Assembly (NCBI GenBank): GCA_963707955.1
Contig: OY970176.1
Coordinates: 192,001 to 256,000 of the forward strand
DNA length: 64,000 nucleotides
Direction: 5' to 3'
Origin: Candidatus Bathyarchaeota archaeon
GTDB taxonomy: Archaea > Thermoproteota > Bathyarchaeia > Bathyarchaeales > Bathycorpusculaceae
Part shown: in pieces, positions 20,974-30,438 of the stretch
How positions within the stretch are numbered: position 1 is the first letter of the stretch
Layout: every line of letters begins with the position of its first letter
The notes under the pieces: model-generated
Told to the model about the DNA's origin: nothing
Seen by the model: the letters and a program-made list of their open reading frames with translations, nothing else
Database searches by the model: none
Translations under genes and position numbers: made by a program

Positions 20974-21000
20974 TGGTGCGGGGGATGGGATTTGAACCCA
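20974..21000 (-). mobile_element. tRNA 3'-end remnant (tRNA-Leu-like), probable att site
   Basis: Minus strand reads TGGGTTCAAATCCCATCCCCCGCACCA: T-arm, acceptor 3' strand, discriminator A and CCA. No 5' half is adjacent. Confidence 0.75.
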
Positions 21001-21136
21001 GCACAAGTGGAGATATCTCCCGAAATGTCGCTTTTGACTCGACATTTTAGACATCTCCGATATACCATGAGCGACAAGACCAATATAAGGAATATGTCGA
21101 AAGCGTAGAACAATAAAACTGTAGCTAGTCCATGCT

Positions 21137-21682
21137 TCATGTGGTTCTTGTCAGTATCTTTGGTTCTTTCCATTCTTCTCTGAGGATGCTGTAGAGGTAG
21201 CTGTCTCTCCTCACTCCATTTACAGATTTTCTTATCGTTCCTTCCCTCGTAAAGCCAACTTTCTCTAGCACTCTTTGCGAACCTGTATTCTTTATAGAGG
21301 TTGATGCTTGTATTCTGCTTACATCCATGGAAAGGAACAGATAATCCACCATTAGTTGAGCTGCTTCAGTGCCGTAGCCCTTACCTCTTTCGCTTTGAAC
21401 CACCATGTAACCTATTTCCAACAGTTTCGCTCCACCTATATACGAATTGTAGTAGGTTACATTCCCGATTCTAGTTCCATCTTTCTTCTCAACTATGAAC
21501 CCTCTTAATCCATCAGGATTGCTGCGGTTTCTTTCAAACATCTTCTCCATATCTGTTCTTGAATCCTGTGTAGGGAAGGGCAAATACTCCCCTGTGAATT
21601 TTGGATCGTTCCACCATTCCGTAAGCAGTGGCAAGTCCTCTTTCTCCGTGACTCTGAGATTCACTTTCTTGCCTTCAAGCAA
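21137..21682 (-). CDS. GNAT acetyltransferase, RimJ/RimL family (copy 2)
   Basis: Paralog of 17491..18036. Shares LEG..VNLRV.EKEDLPL and YLYSILREEWKEPKILT. Confidence 0.9.
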   Translation of the reverse strand: MLEGKKVNLRVTEKEDLPLLTEWWNDPKFTGEYLPFPTQDSRTDMEKMFERNRSNPDGLRGFIVEKKDGTRIGNVTYYNSYIGGAKLLEIGYMVVQSERGKGYGTEAAQLMVDYLFLSMDVSRIQASTSIKNTGSQRVLEKVGFTREGTIRKSVNGVRRDSYLYSILREEWKEPKILTRTT

Positions 21683-21728
21683 CTTAACTCACCAACCCGC
21701 ACAGTTACTAGGGGTTCACCTATAACTC

Positions 21729-22150
21729 TTAATGTTTGAATAGGTATTCCATCAATATTTCATCGGTGTACGTTCCGTCTGAGAACTTGATGCCTCTTGT
21801 CAGCTTCCCAGCCTGTTTGAAACCACATTTCTCATAGACGTGAAAGGCTCTCTTGTTGCTTGCGTAGACTGAGAGCTGGAGAACTTCAACTCCATGCTGA
21901 TTGGCAATCTCGACAAACTCTTTCGTCAATAGCGTTCCAAGTCCCAGATTACGAAAGTTCTTGCTGATGAATATGCCGTAATGGGCAACGTGCGCATGGT
22001 TAGACCTCTGACCCTCAGGGTGCATTTCAACGTTGGCGCTCCCCACAACTTTGCCGTCAACTCTTGCGATCAGGAAAAAGTCCTGTTTTAGTATTCCTGT
22101 TTTAGCCGTCTGTTCAAACCACGCGAGTTGATCTTTCGAGGTATACGGCT
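21729..22150 (-). pseudogene. GNAT acetyltransferase, 5'-truncated
   Basis: FRNLGLGT.L...L.V..SNKRA..YEKCGF. The frame stays open upstream (DFFLIARVDGKVVG) to the CGCGCGCGCG run at 22151 with no obvious start. Confidence 0.6.
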
Positions 22151-22356
22151 CGCGCGCGCGGATTTTATAGGGTCTTGGGATAAATAAGGATCAATGGGGA
22201 TTTTCTAGGGGAGAAGAATAAAGGGAGAAAGAAGGGATCATTTCTTCTTGTGCTCAAACTCCCAGCCTCAGGCGCGCACACACACACGCACAAGGAGTGA
22301 GTGTGAGAATGAAGAAAGAAAAAGCCAACGCGCTAGCCAATTTTCCGCAAAACCGG

Positions 22357-25300
22357 TCATCTTTCTCCTTTGAGCCAGCCTTTGATTCCCAATTCCTTGA
22401 CCGTTATGCTAACGGGTTCGGGCTCATAAAATCTGTATTTGCCGTTTTCATCGAGATAGGATATTCTCGGTTTTAGCTGGAAAACACCTTGATTCTTCGG
22501 TTTGAGAGTGATCTTTATCTCTTCTGGTTTCAGTGCATCAAGCCGTTTTCCCTTCATGTTCAGGTAGCTGTCTTCTACACGGTAGGTTTCGGGTTTGTCT
22601 ATCAGTTCGAAGCCTTCAGGGATGATTTCTGCGAGTTTGATCAGAACTGCCGGTCTTCTTCCAGCGTTAACGAGTTCTATTTCTATTTTGAGGTCTTCGC
22701 CGATTTTCAGTTCTCTTTGGCGAACTATCAAGTTTGCTTGGATATCGGCACTTTCGAATCTTGCTGACCCAACCGCTGATTCGCCAGTTGGGGCAGGAGC
22801 GGCAAATGATGTGGTTGTCGAAACGATCGATGGTGTGTGCAACACTTCTGCAATGGACATAGCTAATTCTCTTTCTTCTCTCACCTTTTCTAGCAGTCTT
22901 AACACCTGTTCCCTTTTCTCCGGATGTTCCGCCTTCATGAATGAGCCAGCCGATGTTTGCAGAACTTTTTCAGCAATGGCGTATAGTCTGGTCTTGTTCT
23001 CAGGATCCTTCTCTTCTTTGGCGTTATTCATGTGCACGTAAGCGTCAAAGAGCAGTCCTGTAGCTTTAGCATATTCTGAGGCGCTTTGGAAGCCAGCTTT
23101 CACATAGTATTTGGCAGCACTTTCTAGGTGCTGTATGGCAACCTTGTGCAATGGTTCGTCTCCTGTGTCGGCGAATTTTGCTCCCTCCTCCAATGCCTTG
23201 CAGAAGCGACTATGTCCCAACGCCAAGAGGCCCGTTGCTTCCGTGTTACTCTCTTTGCTCACCTGTTCAAAGAGCATGGACGCCTCCAAGTACAGTTCTG
23301 GTGAAGCTTTGGCATCAGCCAACATCATTTTTTGCCAAGCCTTGGAAAGTGCTATGATTAGCTTGAATTCTCTGCGTTCTTGTTCGGAATCTAACGCTTG
23401 ACTTATCTTTTCGAAAGTCTCAGCTGCCACACCGTATTTTTCTGAGCTGGAATAATGGTCGCCTTTCTTGTCGAGGATTTTTGCTTCTTCAATCATGATT
23501 CTGGCCTCGCAGTATTCGCGCCGAATGTCCGTTGCTTTGAGCATGTTTTTTGCCATCTGTTTCTCGTCTTGGTCTTCAATTTTGTTGACCTGTGCTTGAA
23601 GCGATATTTTGCTTTCTTCGAAGAGACTAGCCGCTTGTTCGAAGGCCTTGATAGAATCATCGCCCTGTTCCTTTCGGCTCAGTTCTTCCGCGTTCTCGAC
23701 TTGAGCCCATGCAAAATAGTTGGGCTCAAGATAATTCCACTGTTTCAGTGACTTATGCAGTTCTGCGGCTTTCTCGAAGTGTTCCTTTGCCAAGCCATAT
23801 TCCTGTCTCTCATGGTGATGGCGTGCCTTCTCAATCTCAGGCCAGGCCAACATGTAAGACGCATGATCCTGGTAGAGGCTCTTGAGCTGCGGAATCTTTT
23901 CCACCGCATCCTTGAAATTGTTCGAGGCAAGCCCAAAGGTTTCAGCAGCTTCCAAATGCTCACCCAAAACGTCGAAGGTTGTAGCAGCTTTCCAATAGCA
24001 CTCCGCAACCCGACTTCTTAAATTGATTTTCTCATACGATTCGACCGCTTCACCGAAAGCTTTCACCGCTCTACTCAAACACTCCCTGTCATTCGTAATC
24101 TCGTAAAGACGACCAAGCCACACGCCTACGTCATATTGGCCTAAACCTAAGATAAAGTGCATCGCGGGCGCGTTCGTCAAGGATGCGTCCATGGTCATTA
24201 ACCTCAACGCGTTTTCGTAGTCAAGTACTGCTTCTTGGACTATTTTCTTTTCTTCTGGATTGTCCTTTGCCAACTCTGCAAGTCTATACCTGATCCCAGC
24301 CAGCGTACTTTGCATGATACCGCGACTCCAGTAGCCGAAGGGGTGGATTTGTTCCGTCATTCTGACGGTTTCTTCCCTGTGTTTCATTGCCTCCTGCAGA
24401 CTTGCCTTTTTCTCCTGTGTCCTCTTCTCAAGATCAGCCATGAACGCTAACGCCATGCTGGAATTGTGATGCTCGAGAATTATGGCTTCGATGTATCCTG
24501 AAGACTCTGCTCGTTTCAGTCCCTCTTTATTAGCTGCGATTGCCTTTTCAAGCAAGGCTTGCTTTTTCATCACATCTGTTTCCCAATACGCCAACCAAAG
24601 GAGATGCTCGGCGTCAACGTCCTCGACCCACAACGCACCCGCCCGCGGACTGACGAAGGAGATTGGGAAATAATGTCGCTTCGCATCTTCAGCGTACTGC
24701 AAGGCTTTCTCATTAAGGGCCAGTCTTTCATCAGGGGCTTCGATTGTCCATGTCTTCCAGAGAGTATGGAATGCTAACCAATCTAGCGCACAGCCAATAT
24801 TGAATTTGTCCTTTGTTTTCCTGCCATACTCCAGGGCTTCTCCAAGTTTCTTTAGAGCTTCATCGGTACCCACCCCGCCCAATAAGACATCTTGAGCCCC
24901 AAAAATAGGCCAAGTCACCTCACTCAAGGCCACATTTTCACATGTCTCCTTGGCCCTCGCCCAGTAGTCACGAACTTTCTGATATCCTGTTTCCTTCTCA
25001 TCAGCGTCCAAGAAATTGTCCTCGAACACTCCCAGATAGAAGGCTCTTCTTGCATATGCCCTCCCAAGTTCAATGGGATCTTCAGTTGGAGAAAGAAACT
25101 CTATCGTTTGCTCTCCATGTTCCACCGCTTCTCTAATCAATTTCTCTCGGGCTTGAAAATCCCAATCAAGACAGAAGGCAAAAACAACACTGCCAGAAAG
25201 CTGGTTGTACGTTCTCCCATATTCCCACCCTTCACTGGTTTCCTTGAAAGCGGCTAACGCTTCCTTTGTCAATCTCCAGCACTCGTCAATCATCTTCTTC

Positions 25301-25641
25301 TTTTCTTTTGCCTCCGGGGCAAGCCAATAGCCTATGCAAGCAATCACGGCATTACAACGCGATGTCCTCGCCGTCTTCACGGGCCCATTCAGTTTTCCAT
25401 AGAACTCGCCAGCCTTCTCATAGGCAACAGTAGATTGACGCAGCCTTTCTCTAAACTCGTCCTTACTTTCAGCCTGAAACGCAAAATGGTAGAATGCATA
25501 TCCCACCCTCTCATTAATCTCTCCCTTCTTCGAGAAATCATCTTGGGACAGCAGATTCAGCGCTTTCTCATATAATTCGGCGGCTCCAGACCAATCATAT
25601 TCCTTCTCCAACTGTTCTGCCTGATGCAGAATCTCCTCCAC
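22357..25641 (-). CDS. Large TPR/alpha-solenoid protein with C-terminal Ig-like (BatD/CARDB-like) domain
   Basis: 1094 aa with repeated A...Y/F.KA helices and a beta-rich C-terminus IELVNAG...EIIPEGF...LKPRISYLDE.G. Confidence 0.8.
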   Translation of the reverse strand: MEEILHQAEQLEKEYDWSGAAELYEKALNLLSQDDFSKKGEINERVGYAFYHFAFQAESKDEFRERLRQSTVAYEKAGEFYGKLNGPVKTARTSRCNAVIACIGYWLAPEAKEKKKMIDECWRLTKEALAAFKETSEGWEYGRTYNQLSGSVVFAFCLDWDFQAREKLIREAVEHGEQTIEFLSPTEDPIELGRAYARRAFYLGVFEDNFLDADEKETGYQKVRDYWARAKETCENVALSEVTWPIFGAQDVLLGGVGTDEALKKLGEALEYGRKTKDKFNIGCALDWLAFHTLWKTWTIEAPDERLALNEKALQYAEDAKRHYFPISFVSPRAGALWVEDVDAEHLLWLAYWETDVMKKQALLEKAIAANKEGLKRAESSGYIEAIILEHHNSSMALAFMADLEKRTQEKKASLQEAMKHREETVRMTEQIHPFGYWSRGIMQSTLAGIRYRLAELAKDNPEEKKIVQEAVLDYENALRLMTMDASLTNAPAMHFILGLGQYDVGVWLGRLYEITNDRECLSRAVKAFGEAVESYEKINLRSRVAECYWKAATTFDVLGEHLEAAETFGLASNNFKDAVEKIPQLKSLYQDHASYMLAWPEIEKARHHHERQEYGLAKEHFEKAAELHKSLKQWNYLEPNYFAWAQVENAEELSRKEQGDDSIKAFEQAASLFEESKISLQAQVNKIEDQDEKQMAKNMLKATDIRREYCEARIMIEEAKILDKKGDHYSSSEKYGVAAETFEKISQALDSEQERREFKLIIALSKAWQKMMLADAKASPELYLEASMLFEQVSKESNTEATGLLALGHSRFCKALEEGAKFADTGDEPLHKVAIQHLESAAKYYVKAGFQSASEYAKATGLLFDAYVHMNNAKEEKDPENKTRLYAIAEKVLQTSAGSFMKAEHPEKREQVLRLLEKVREERELAMSIAEVLHTPSIVSTTTSFAAPAPTGESAVGSARFESADIQANLIVRQRELKIGEDLKIEIELVNAGRRPAVLIKLAEIIPEGFELIDKPETYRVEDSYLNMKGKRLDALKPEEIKITLKPKNQGVFQLKPRISYLDENGKYRFYEPEPVSITVKELGIKGWLKGER

Positions 25642-25955
25642 ACTTAACGCCCCTGATAACAGTAAACCATTAGAAGGTTAATAACAAGCATCTGAAAAGT
25701 CTTTTCATGAACGAAGCACTCGATTAATACGGGCTGATTTTCAGTTTTGCGGATGGTTTTGCAACGCAGTTTAAGAGCGGGCGCTGGTTGAAGACTGCGC
25801 AATTTTCAATTTGGTCAATGGACAAATCCAGAGTAGCCTACTAGCAGAATATAGGCTGGAGAACTGCACAGGTTCGGGATACTTTTCGCTTATTGGGCGC
25901 GTGCTACGCTTTGCTGGAAAACCTTTTATCAAAAACCGTTGCATTTGTCTAAGAG

Positions 25956-26831
25956 GTGGAGAACTTGACTGAAATCAAGAAAATCGCAGTTCTTGGTGCG
26001 GGTTTGATGGGGCATGGGATAGCGCAAGTGGCGGCTCAAGTCGGCAAGTATGAAGTGAATCTTCGAGATGTTGAACAGCGTTTCGTCGATAGCGGTGTGG
26101 GCATGATAAGGGAGAGCCTGCAGCGGTTCGTGAAGAAGGGCCAGCTCACTGAAGCGGACATGAGTGCGACGTTGGCAAGGATTCATCCAACGCTCGACTT
26201 GAAAGGGGCTGTTGCCAACGCAGACTTGATAATTGAAGCGGTTCCCGAGAACTTGGAGTTGAAGAAGGCAACGTTTCGCGAAGTGGACAGTTACGCTCCG
26301 AGCCACGCGATAATCGCTTCGAACACCTCCTCTGTCAGCATCACAGAGATGGCCTCAGCGACCAAACGTCCAGAAATGGTCTGTGGGATGCATTTCTTCA
26401 ACCCGCCGCAGCTCATGAAGCTCATTGAGGTGATCAGAGGTGCCAAAACTTCAGACGCGACCATCGAGACGATCTTGGCTGTTGCCCACAAGATGGAGAA
26501 GGAAACGGTGCTCGTGAAGAAGGACAGCCCAGGCTTCATAGTAAACAGGATACTCATCCCTGCGCTGAACGAAGCAGTAGCCCTCTGCTGGGAAGGAGTT
26601 GCGGACAGGGACGACATCGACAAGGCCGTAAAGCTTGGACTAAACTGGCCCATGGGCCCTCTCATGCTGTTGGATTACATAGGTTCAGACACGACGCTTG
26701 CTATTGCCGAGGTGCTCACGAAAGAACTGGATCCGAAGTTCCACCCAACCACGGGACTGAAGCAGATGGCTAAAGCCCAGCTTCTGGGCAGAAAGACGGG
26801 CAAGGGCTTTTACGACTGGACCCAAAAGTAG
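25956..26831 (+). CDS. hbd: 3-hydroxyacyl-CoA dehydrogenase
   Basis: GAGLMGHGIA, IEAVPE, SNTSS, GMHFFNP, PGFIVNR, PMGP. Confidence 0.93.
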   Translation: MENLTEIKKIAVLGAGLMGHGIAQVAAQVGKYEVNLRDVEQRFVDSGVGMIRESLQRFVKKGQLTEADMSATLARIHPTLDLKGAVANADLIIEAVPENLELKKATFREVDSYAPSHAIIASNTSSVSITEMASATKRPEMVCGMHFFNPPQLMKLIEVIRGAKTSDATIETILAVAHKMEKETVLVKKDSPGFIVNRILIPALNEAVALCWEGVADRDDIDKAVKLGLNWPMGPLMLLDYIGSDTTLAIAEVLTKELDPKFHPTTGLKQMAKAQLLGRKTGKGFYDWTQK

Positions 26832-26849
26832 ACGCGGGAGTTATGACGG

Positions 26850-27632
26850 ATGGAATTCAAGTCTATAATCTATGAAAAGAGCGAGGGTGTAGCCACAATC
26901 ACTTTGAATCGGCCTGAGGCGTTGAACGTCTTCAGCAAGGAAGTGGTGGAAGAAATACTTCGGGCACTGGAAGACGTTAAGAATGATGAAAACGTGCGCG
27001 TTGTTGTCCTGACCGGAGCAGGCGAAAAAGCGTTCTCGGCCGGCGCTGACATAAAAGCCATGGCGGGAATGACTGCCTTGAAGGGCAGAGAGCTCTCACT
27101 CATGGGCGAAAACCTGTGCCTAGCCTTGGAAAACCTGGAGAAACCAGTCGTTGCAGCGATCAACGGTTACGCTTTGGGCGGAGGCTTGGAAGTTGCCATG
27201 GCGTGCGACCTCCGCATAGCCTCTGAAAACGCTCGCATGGGACAAACAGAAGTAAACTTCGGCTTAATTCCAGGCTGGGGTGGAACTCAGCGCCTCACAC
27301 GTCTGGTGGGCATGACGAAGGCTAAAGAGCTTGTTTTCACTGGAAAGATGCTTGACGCGAGAACCGCAGAGCAGTTGGGATTAATAAACATGGTAACCCC
27401 TGTAGACAAGTTCAGGGAAACCGTTCGACAGTTTGCCCTCGAGCTAGCATCCAAGCCTCCGGTTGCGCTTAGAGTGGCAAAGGCCTTGATCAACAAGGGC
27501 GCAAACATAAGCCTCGATTCGGCCCTAGCGCTAGAGCGAGAAGGCTTCGGCGTCGTTGCCTCATCGGAAGACTTGAAGGAAGGCGTCTCAGCGTTTGCAG
27601 AGAAAAGAAAGCCTGTCTTCAAGGGCAAATGA
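26850..27632 (+). CDS. crt: Enoyl-CoA hydratase (crotonase)
   Basis: AFSAGADI, KPVVAAINGYALGGGLE, E...GLIPGWGGTQRL. Confidence 0.93.
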   Translation: MEFKSIIYEKSEGVATITLNRPEALNVFSKEVVEEILRALEDVKNDENVRVVVLTGAGEKAFSAGADIKAMAGMTALKGRELSLMGENLCLALENLEKPVVAAINGYALGGGLEVAMACDLRIASENARMGQTEVNFGLIPGWGGTQRLTRLVGMTKAKELVFTGKMLDARTAEQLGLINMVTPVDKFRETVRQFALELASKPPVALRVAKALINKGANISLDSALALEREGFGVVASSEDLKEGVSAFAEKRKPVFKGK

Positions 27633-27771
27633 TTTCCCTCTTCAGTTCTTTCCTCCTCGAAAGACCTTTTTTGAAGCCAAGTTCTTGAGATTTTACTCAA
27701 AAATGATATATGAATGTGTACTGAAACCTAGCAAAATGGTTACTTGCTAGTGAACAGTTGAGTGATGACCC

Positions 27772-28426
27772 ATGAAGCTAGTCATCTTTGGTCCTCCAGG
27801 TTCGGGGAAGGGCACGTATGCCTCGCGCTTACAGACAAGGCTAGGCATTGACATCATTGCAACAGGAGACATTCTTCGAGAGATCATGAGAGAGGATACC
27901 CCGTTGGGAAGGAAAGTCAAAGGTTTCGTAGAGAAGGGTCAGCTGGTTCCCGACGACGTAGTTATTCAAGTCCTTAAACAACGCTTGGACAAGTCTTCCG
28001 GCGAGAAAGGTTTCATCTTGGATGGCTTCCCGCGGACTATTGAGCAGGCCAAGGCTTTGGAGAAGTTTGTCAAGATCGATGGTGTCATTCAGCTGACGGT
28101 GCCTGACTGGATAATCATAGAGCGCTTGTCAAGCCGCAGAATATGCAAGAGACTGTGGAGAAGTGTATAACATACGCTTCTTGAAGCCCAAAGTCGAGGG
28201 GATATGTGACAAGTGCAGAGGGCAACTTTACCAGCGTTCTGACGACATGCCGGATGTGATCAAGGGCCGTATAGGCGTCTATGAACGTCAGACTGAACCC
28301 ATATTGCAGTACTATAAAGAGAAAGGGGTTCCGTTTGCAGAGTTTAAGTGTGAGTCCCTTGAACTGCCGCCTGAAGTGGCCGTTGATAGCATCCTTAAGC
28401 AGATAAGACAGTTGAAGCTAGCCTGA
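27772..28426 (+). CDS. adk: Adenylate kinase, bacterial-type with Zn-binding LID, +1 frameshift near 28150
   Basis: GPPGSGKGT, TGDILR, GQLVPD, ILDGFPR. RRIC.[fs].CGEVYN...CDKC..QLYQRSDD. Confidence 0.9.
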
Positions 28427-28581
28427 CTAGTGTCAAGCCATCCTGAGCACAACGCAGCAGCTGTCGTGTTCTACCCTACGTTTTCGAAATCAAAAACGTG
28501 CGATGGGTTAGCAGTAATGGTGAAGCTTGGCTACACATCTTTCGTTTTCCTCTTTTGCAGAACGTTTTCTTCCTCGGCGAC

Positions 28582-28956
28582 TCAAATATCAGTTGCGCCG
28601 ATTTTCTTCTTGAATTCCTCAATCAGGCGTTCAGCCGTTTGCTTTCTTTCTTCCTCGTGTTTTTTCAAAAGAGTGACATGATCTTTATCATCTATGAAAG
28701 GCGGAATCTCGCTGGCAAAGGGCCATTTGACGGAGGCCTCAGTACCTTTTTCCGTCTCCGTGAATACAAACTCAATCTCCAACGCTTTCCCCACCCATCC
28801 GGGGCTGTATTCGATCAGCAAGTAGCGCGGGGGTACTTCTTTTTTCACGACCACGTTTTTTAGTCCTACTTCACTCAAGGCATTCTTAACCAGAGAAGAG
28901 CACTCTTCAATGGGTGTGCTAAGCAGATACTTGCCCTCAAGAAACTTTAGCCGCAT
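28582..28956 (-). CDS. Hypothetical protein
   Basis: 124-aa ORF with protein-like composition and an upstream GGAGA. Confidence 0.6.
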   Translation of the reverse strand: MRLKFLEGKYLLSTPIEECSSLVKNALSEVGLKNVVVKKEVPPRYLLIEYSPGWVGKALEIEFVFTETEKGTEASVKWPFASEIPPFIDDKDHVTLLKKHEEERKQTAERLIEEFKKKIGATDI

Positions 28957-29148
28957 TTCTCAAATTCTCCTTGGGCCTATTTGCCGTATTTTTCTGATAA
29001 ACCTTGTTCTGCAGATTCCACTTTATTCTCTAAGAACATTGGTGTTTTTCACAAAGTCACTCTTCACAACGTCGGAACAGGCAAGTGCGTTACCATTACA
29101 ATGCATGGCCTCGTGAATGCTAGGCTAAAATTCAAGAGGGTGACTATG

Positions 29149-29943
29149 CTAAAGCTCAGCGACTTCTTTCTTTCTTATGCCAAGTTTTTCAGCGGCATCT
29201 GCAAATTCCTTTGTTGATTTTGGGCGGAAGATTATTTTGTTTGAGTGGAGCCTCGTTGCAAGTGACGTTATCCAGATTCGTGTTGACAATGGGTCCAGTA
29301 AGGAGATCGTGATCTGATCTTCCTTTTTCGGACGTACTGAAGGTATTGTCCAGAAACCTAGCAGGCGACGTTTGTTTTCCTGATTGATGCTGTACCCAAA
29401 AATCTGGTTCTGTTTATAGTGCTTATGAAAGTTTAGGAATGGGACTTCGACATAGAAGCCTTCGTTTGACAAGCATATTTTGACGTAGGCTAGGGCGAAT
29501 GAGAAGAAGACAGCGGCGACTGTTATTCCTATTACAACTGAGTAGAGCCATGGAAAGCTCTGAAAGTAAAAGGGTGCCTGAGAAATGGTGGCCAGTATGG
29601 GGGCCCAGAAGAGGAAGACCCATCTTCCCCCGACGTTCTGTTCAAATTGAATGGCTTCTAGGTAGGAAAGCTGTTTCCTTCTGTAGTTCGAGTGCAGGAT
29701 TAGCATAGTGCCGAGTAGAATCGGTATCGGTGCGTACATGAGCGCTGGGTGCGCGTATAATGGAGCGGTAACCAGCACATCTCCATACACGAAGTAGTTT
29801 GAGGGTTGTGTGATGTTGACCTTCCAGAGCCCACCTTCTGCGACTGGATAATCCGCGCTCACTGTCTCGTTTTGCATTTGCATGACACATGTTCCGTTCG
29901 GTGCGACAATCGTGACAGTGACTGGTTCAATCGGGCCCGCCAT
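29149..29943 (-). CDS. Hypothetical membrane protein, 5' end uncertain
   Basis: Three hydrophobic segments. The 5' end abuts repeat B1. Confidence 0.6.
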   Translation of the reverse strand: MAGPIEPVTVTIVAPNGTCVMQMQNETVSADYPVAEGGLWKVNITQPSNYFVYGDVLVTAPLYAHPALMYAPIPILLGTMLILHSNYRRKQLSYLEAIQFEQNVGGRWVFLFWAPILATISQAPFYFQSFPWLYSVVIGITVAAVFFSFALAYVKICLSNEGFYVEVPFLNFHKHYKQNQIFGYSINQENKRRLLGFWTIPSVRPKKEDQITISLLDPLSTRIWITSLATRLHSNKIIFRPKSTKEFADAAEKLGIRKKEVAEL

Positions 29944-29960
29944 CCACGGATCGCATTAGC

Positions 29961-30147
29961 GCGCTGTCTTGTCTCAAAATTCGCTGAAAACGCTTTTTCA
30001 AAGCATATACAAAAAGCATATACATTTTCATGTATCGTGTATATACAGTCAACGAGCAATGTTGAAAACGGTGGCACGGTTCATGTTGGATTCGGAGCCG
30101 TGTGGACTGTCCAGGTGGGCGCGTACAATAAAGGGGCAAGACAGCGC
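29961..30147. repeat. Dispersed structured repeat family B, copy 1 (MITE-like or ncRNA)
   Basis: Terminal inverted repeats GCGCTGTCTTGTCTC / GGGGCAAGACAGCGC and internal GCATATAC units. Homologous to 63428-63600 in inverted orientation. Confidence 0.75.
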
Positions 30148-30438
30148 CCTACGTAATGCCCCTTTCTTTCTCCATTTTATAGCTTCCTAAGCGTCTTTGA
30201 GCAAACCTTCAATTGGACTTTTCAGAATCAAACGTGCCAAGTCCAACTAGCGCCTCATCTTACTCACAGGTTGGTTCATTGCTGTTGTTTTTATGATTGC
30301 TCTATCCCGAAACCTAAAGCATCTTGTAAGACCCTTCTGCGCGCGCGAGCCAAGTGGTGCGACGCGACATACGTTTTACGTTTGGACACAAAATATTATA
30401 TATTAAGTCAAATGTAAAACAGCCTTGGGGGGGATGCT

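Noticed and set aside
22277-22310. (CA)n and (GT)n microsatellite-like tract
   Set aside because: Short and intergenic, with no evident link to a reading frame or promoter to suggest phase variation.
27772-28426. Split adk, and likewise dph5, the DRG GTPase, the ABC permease, the aldo/keto reductase and the 4Fe-4S gene, as pseudogenes or programmed frameshifts
   Set aside because: Each has a single indel, no other decay and no slippery heptamer, and several are housekeeping genes. Consensus sequencing error is the simpler explanation.
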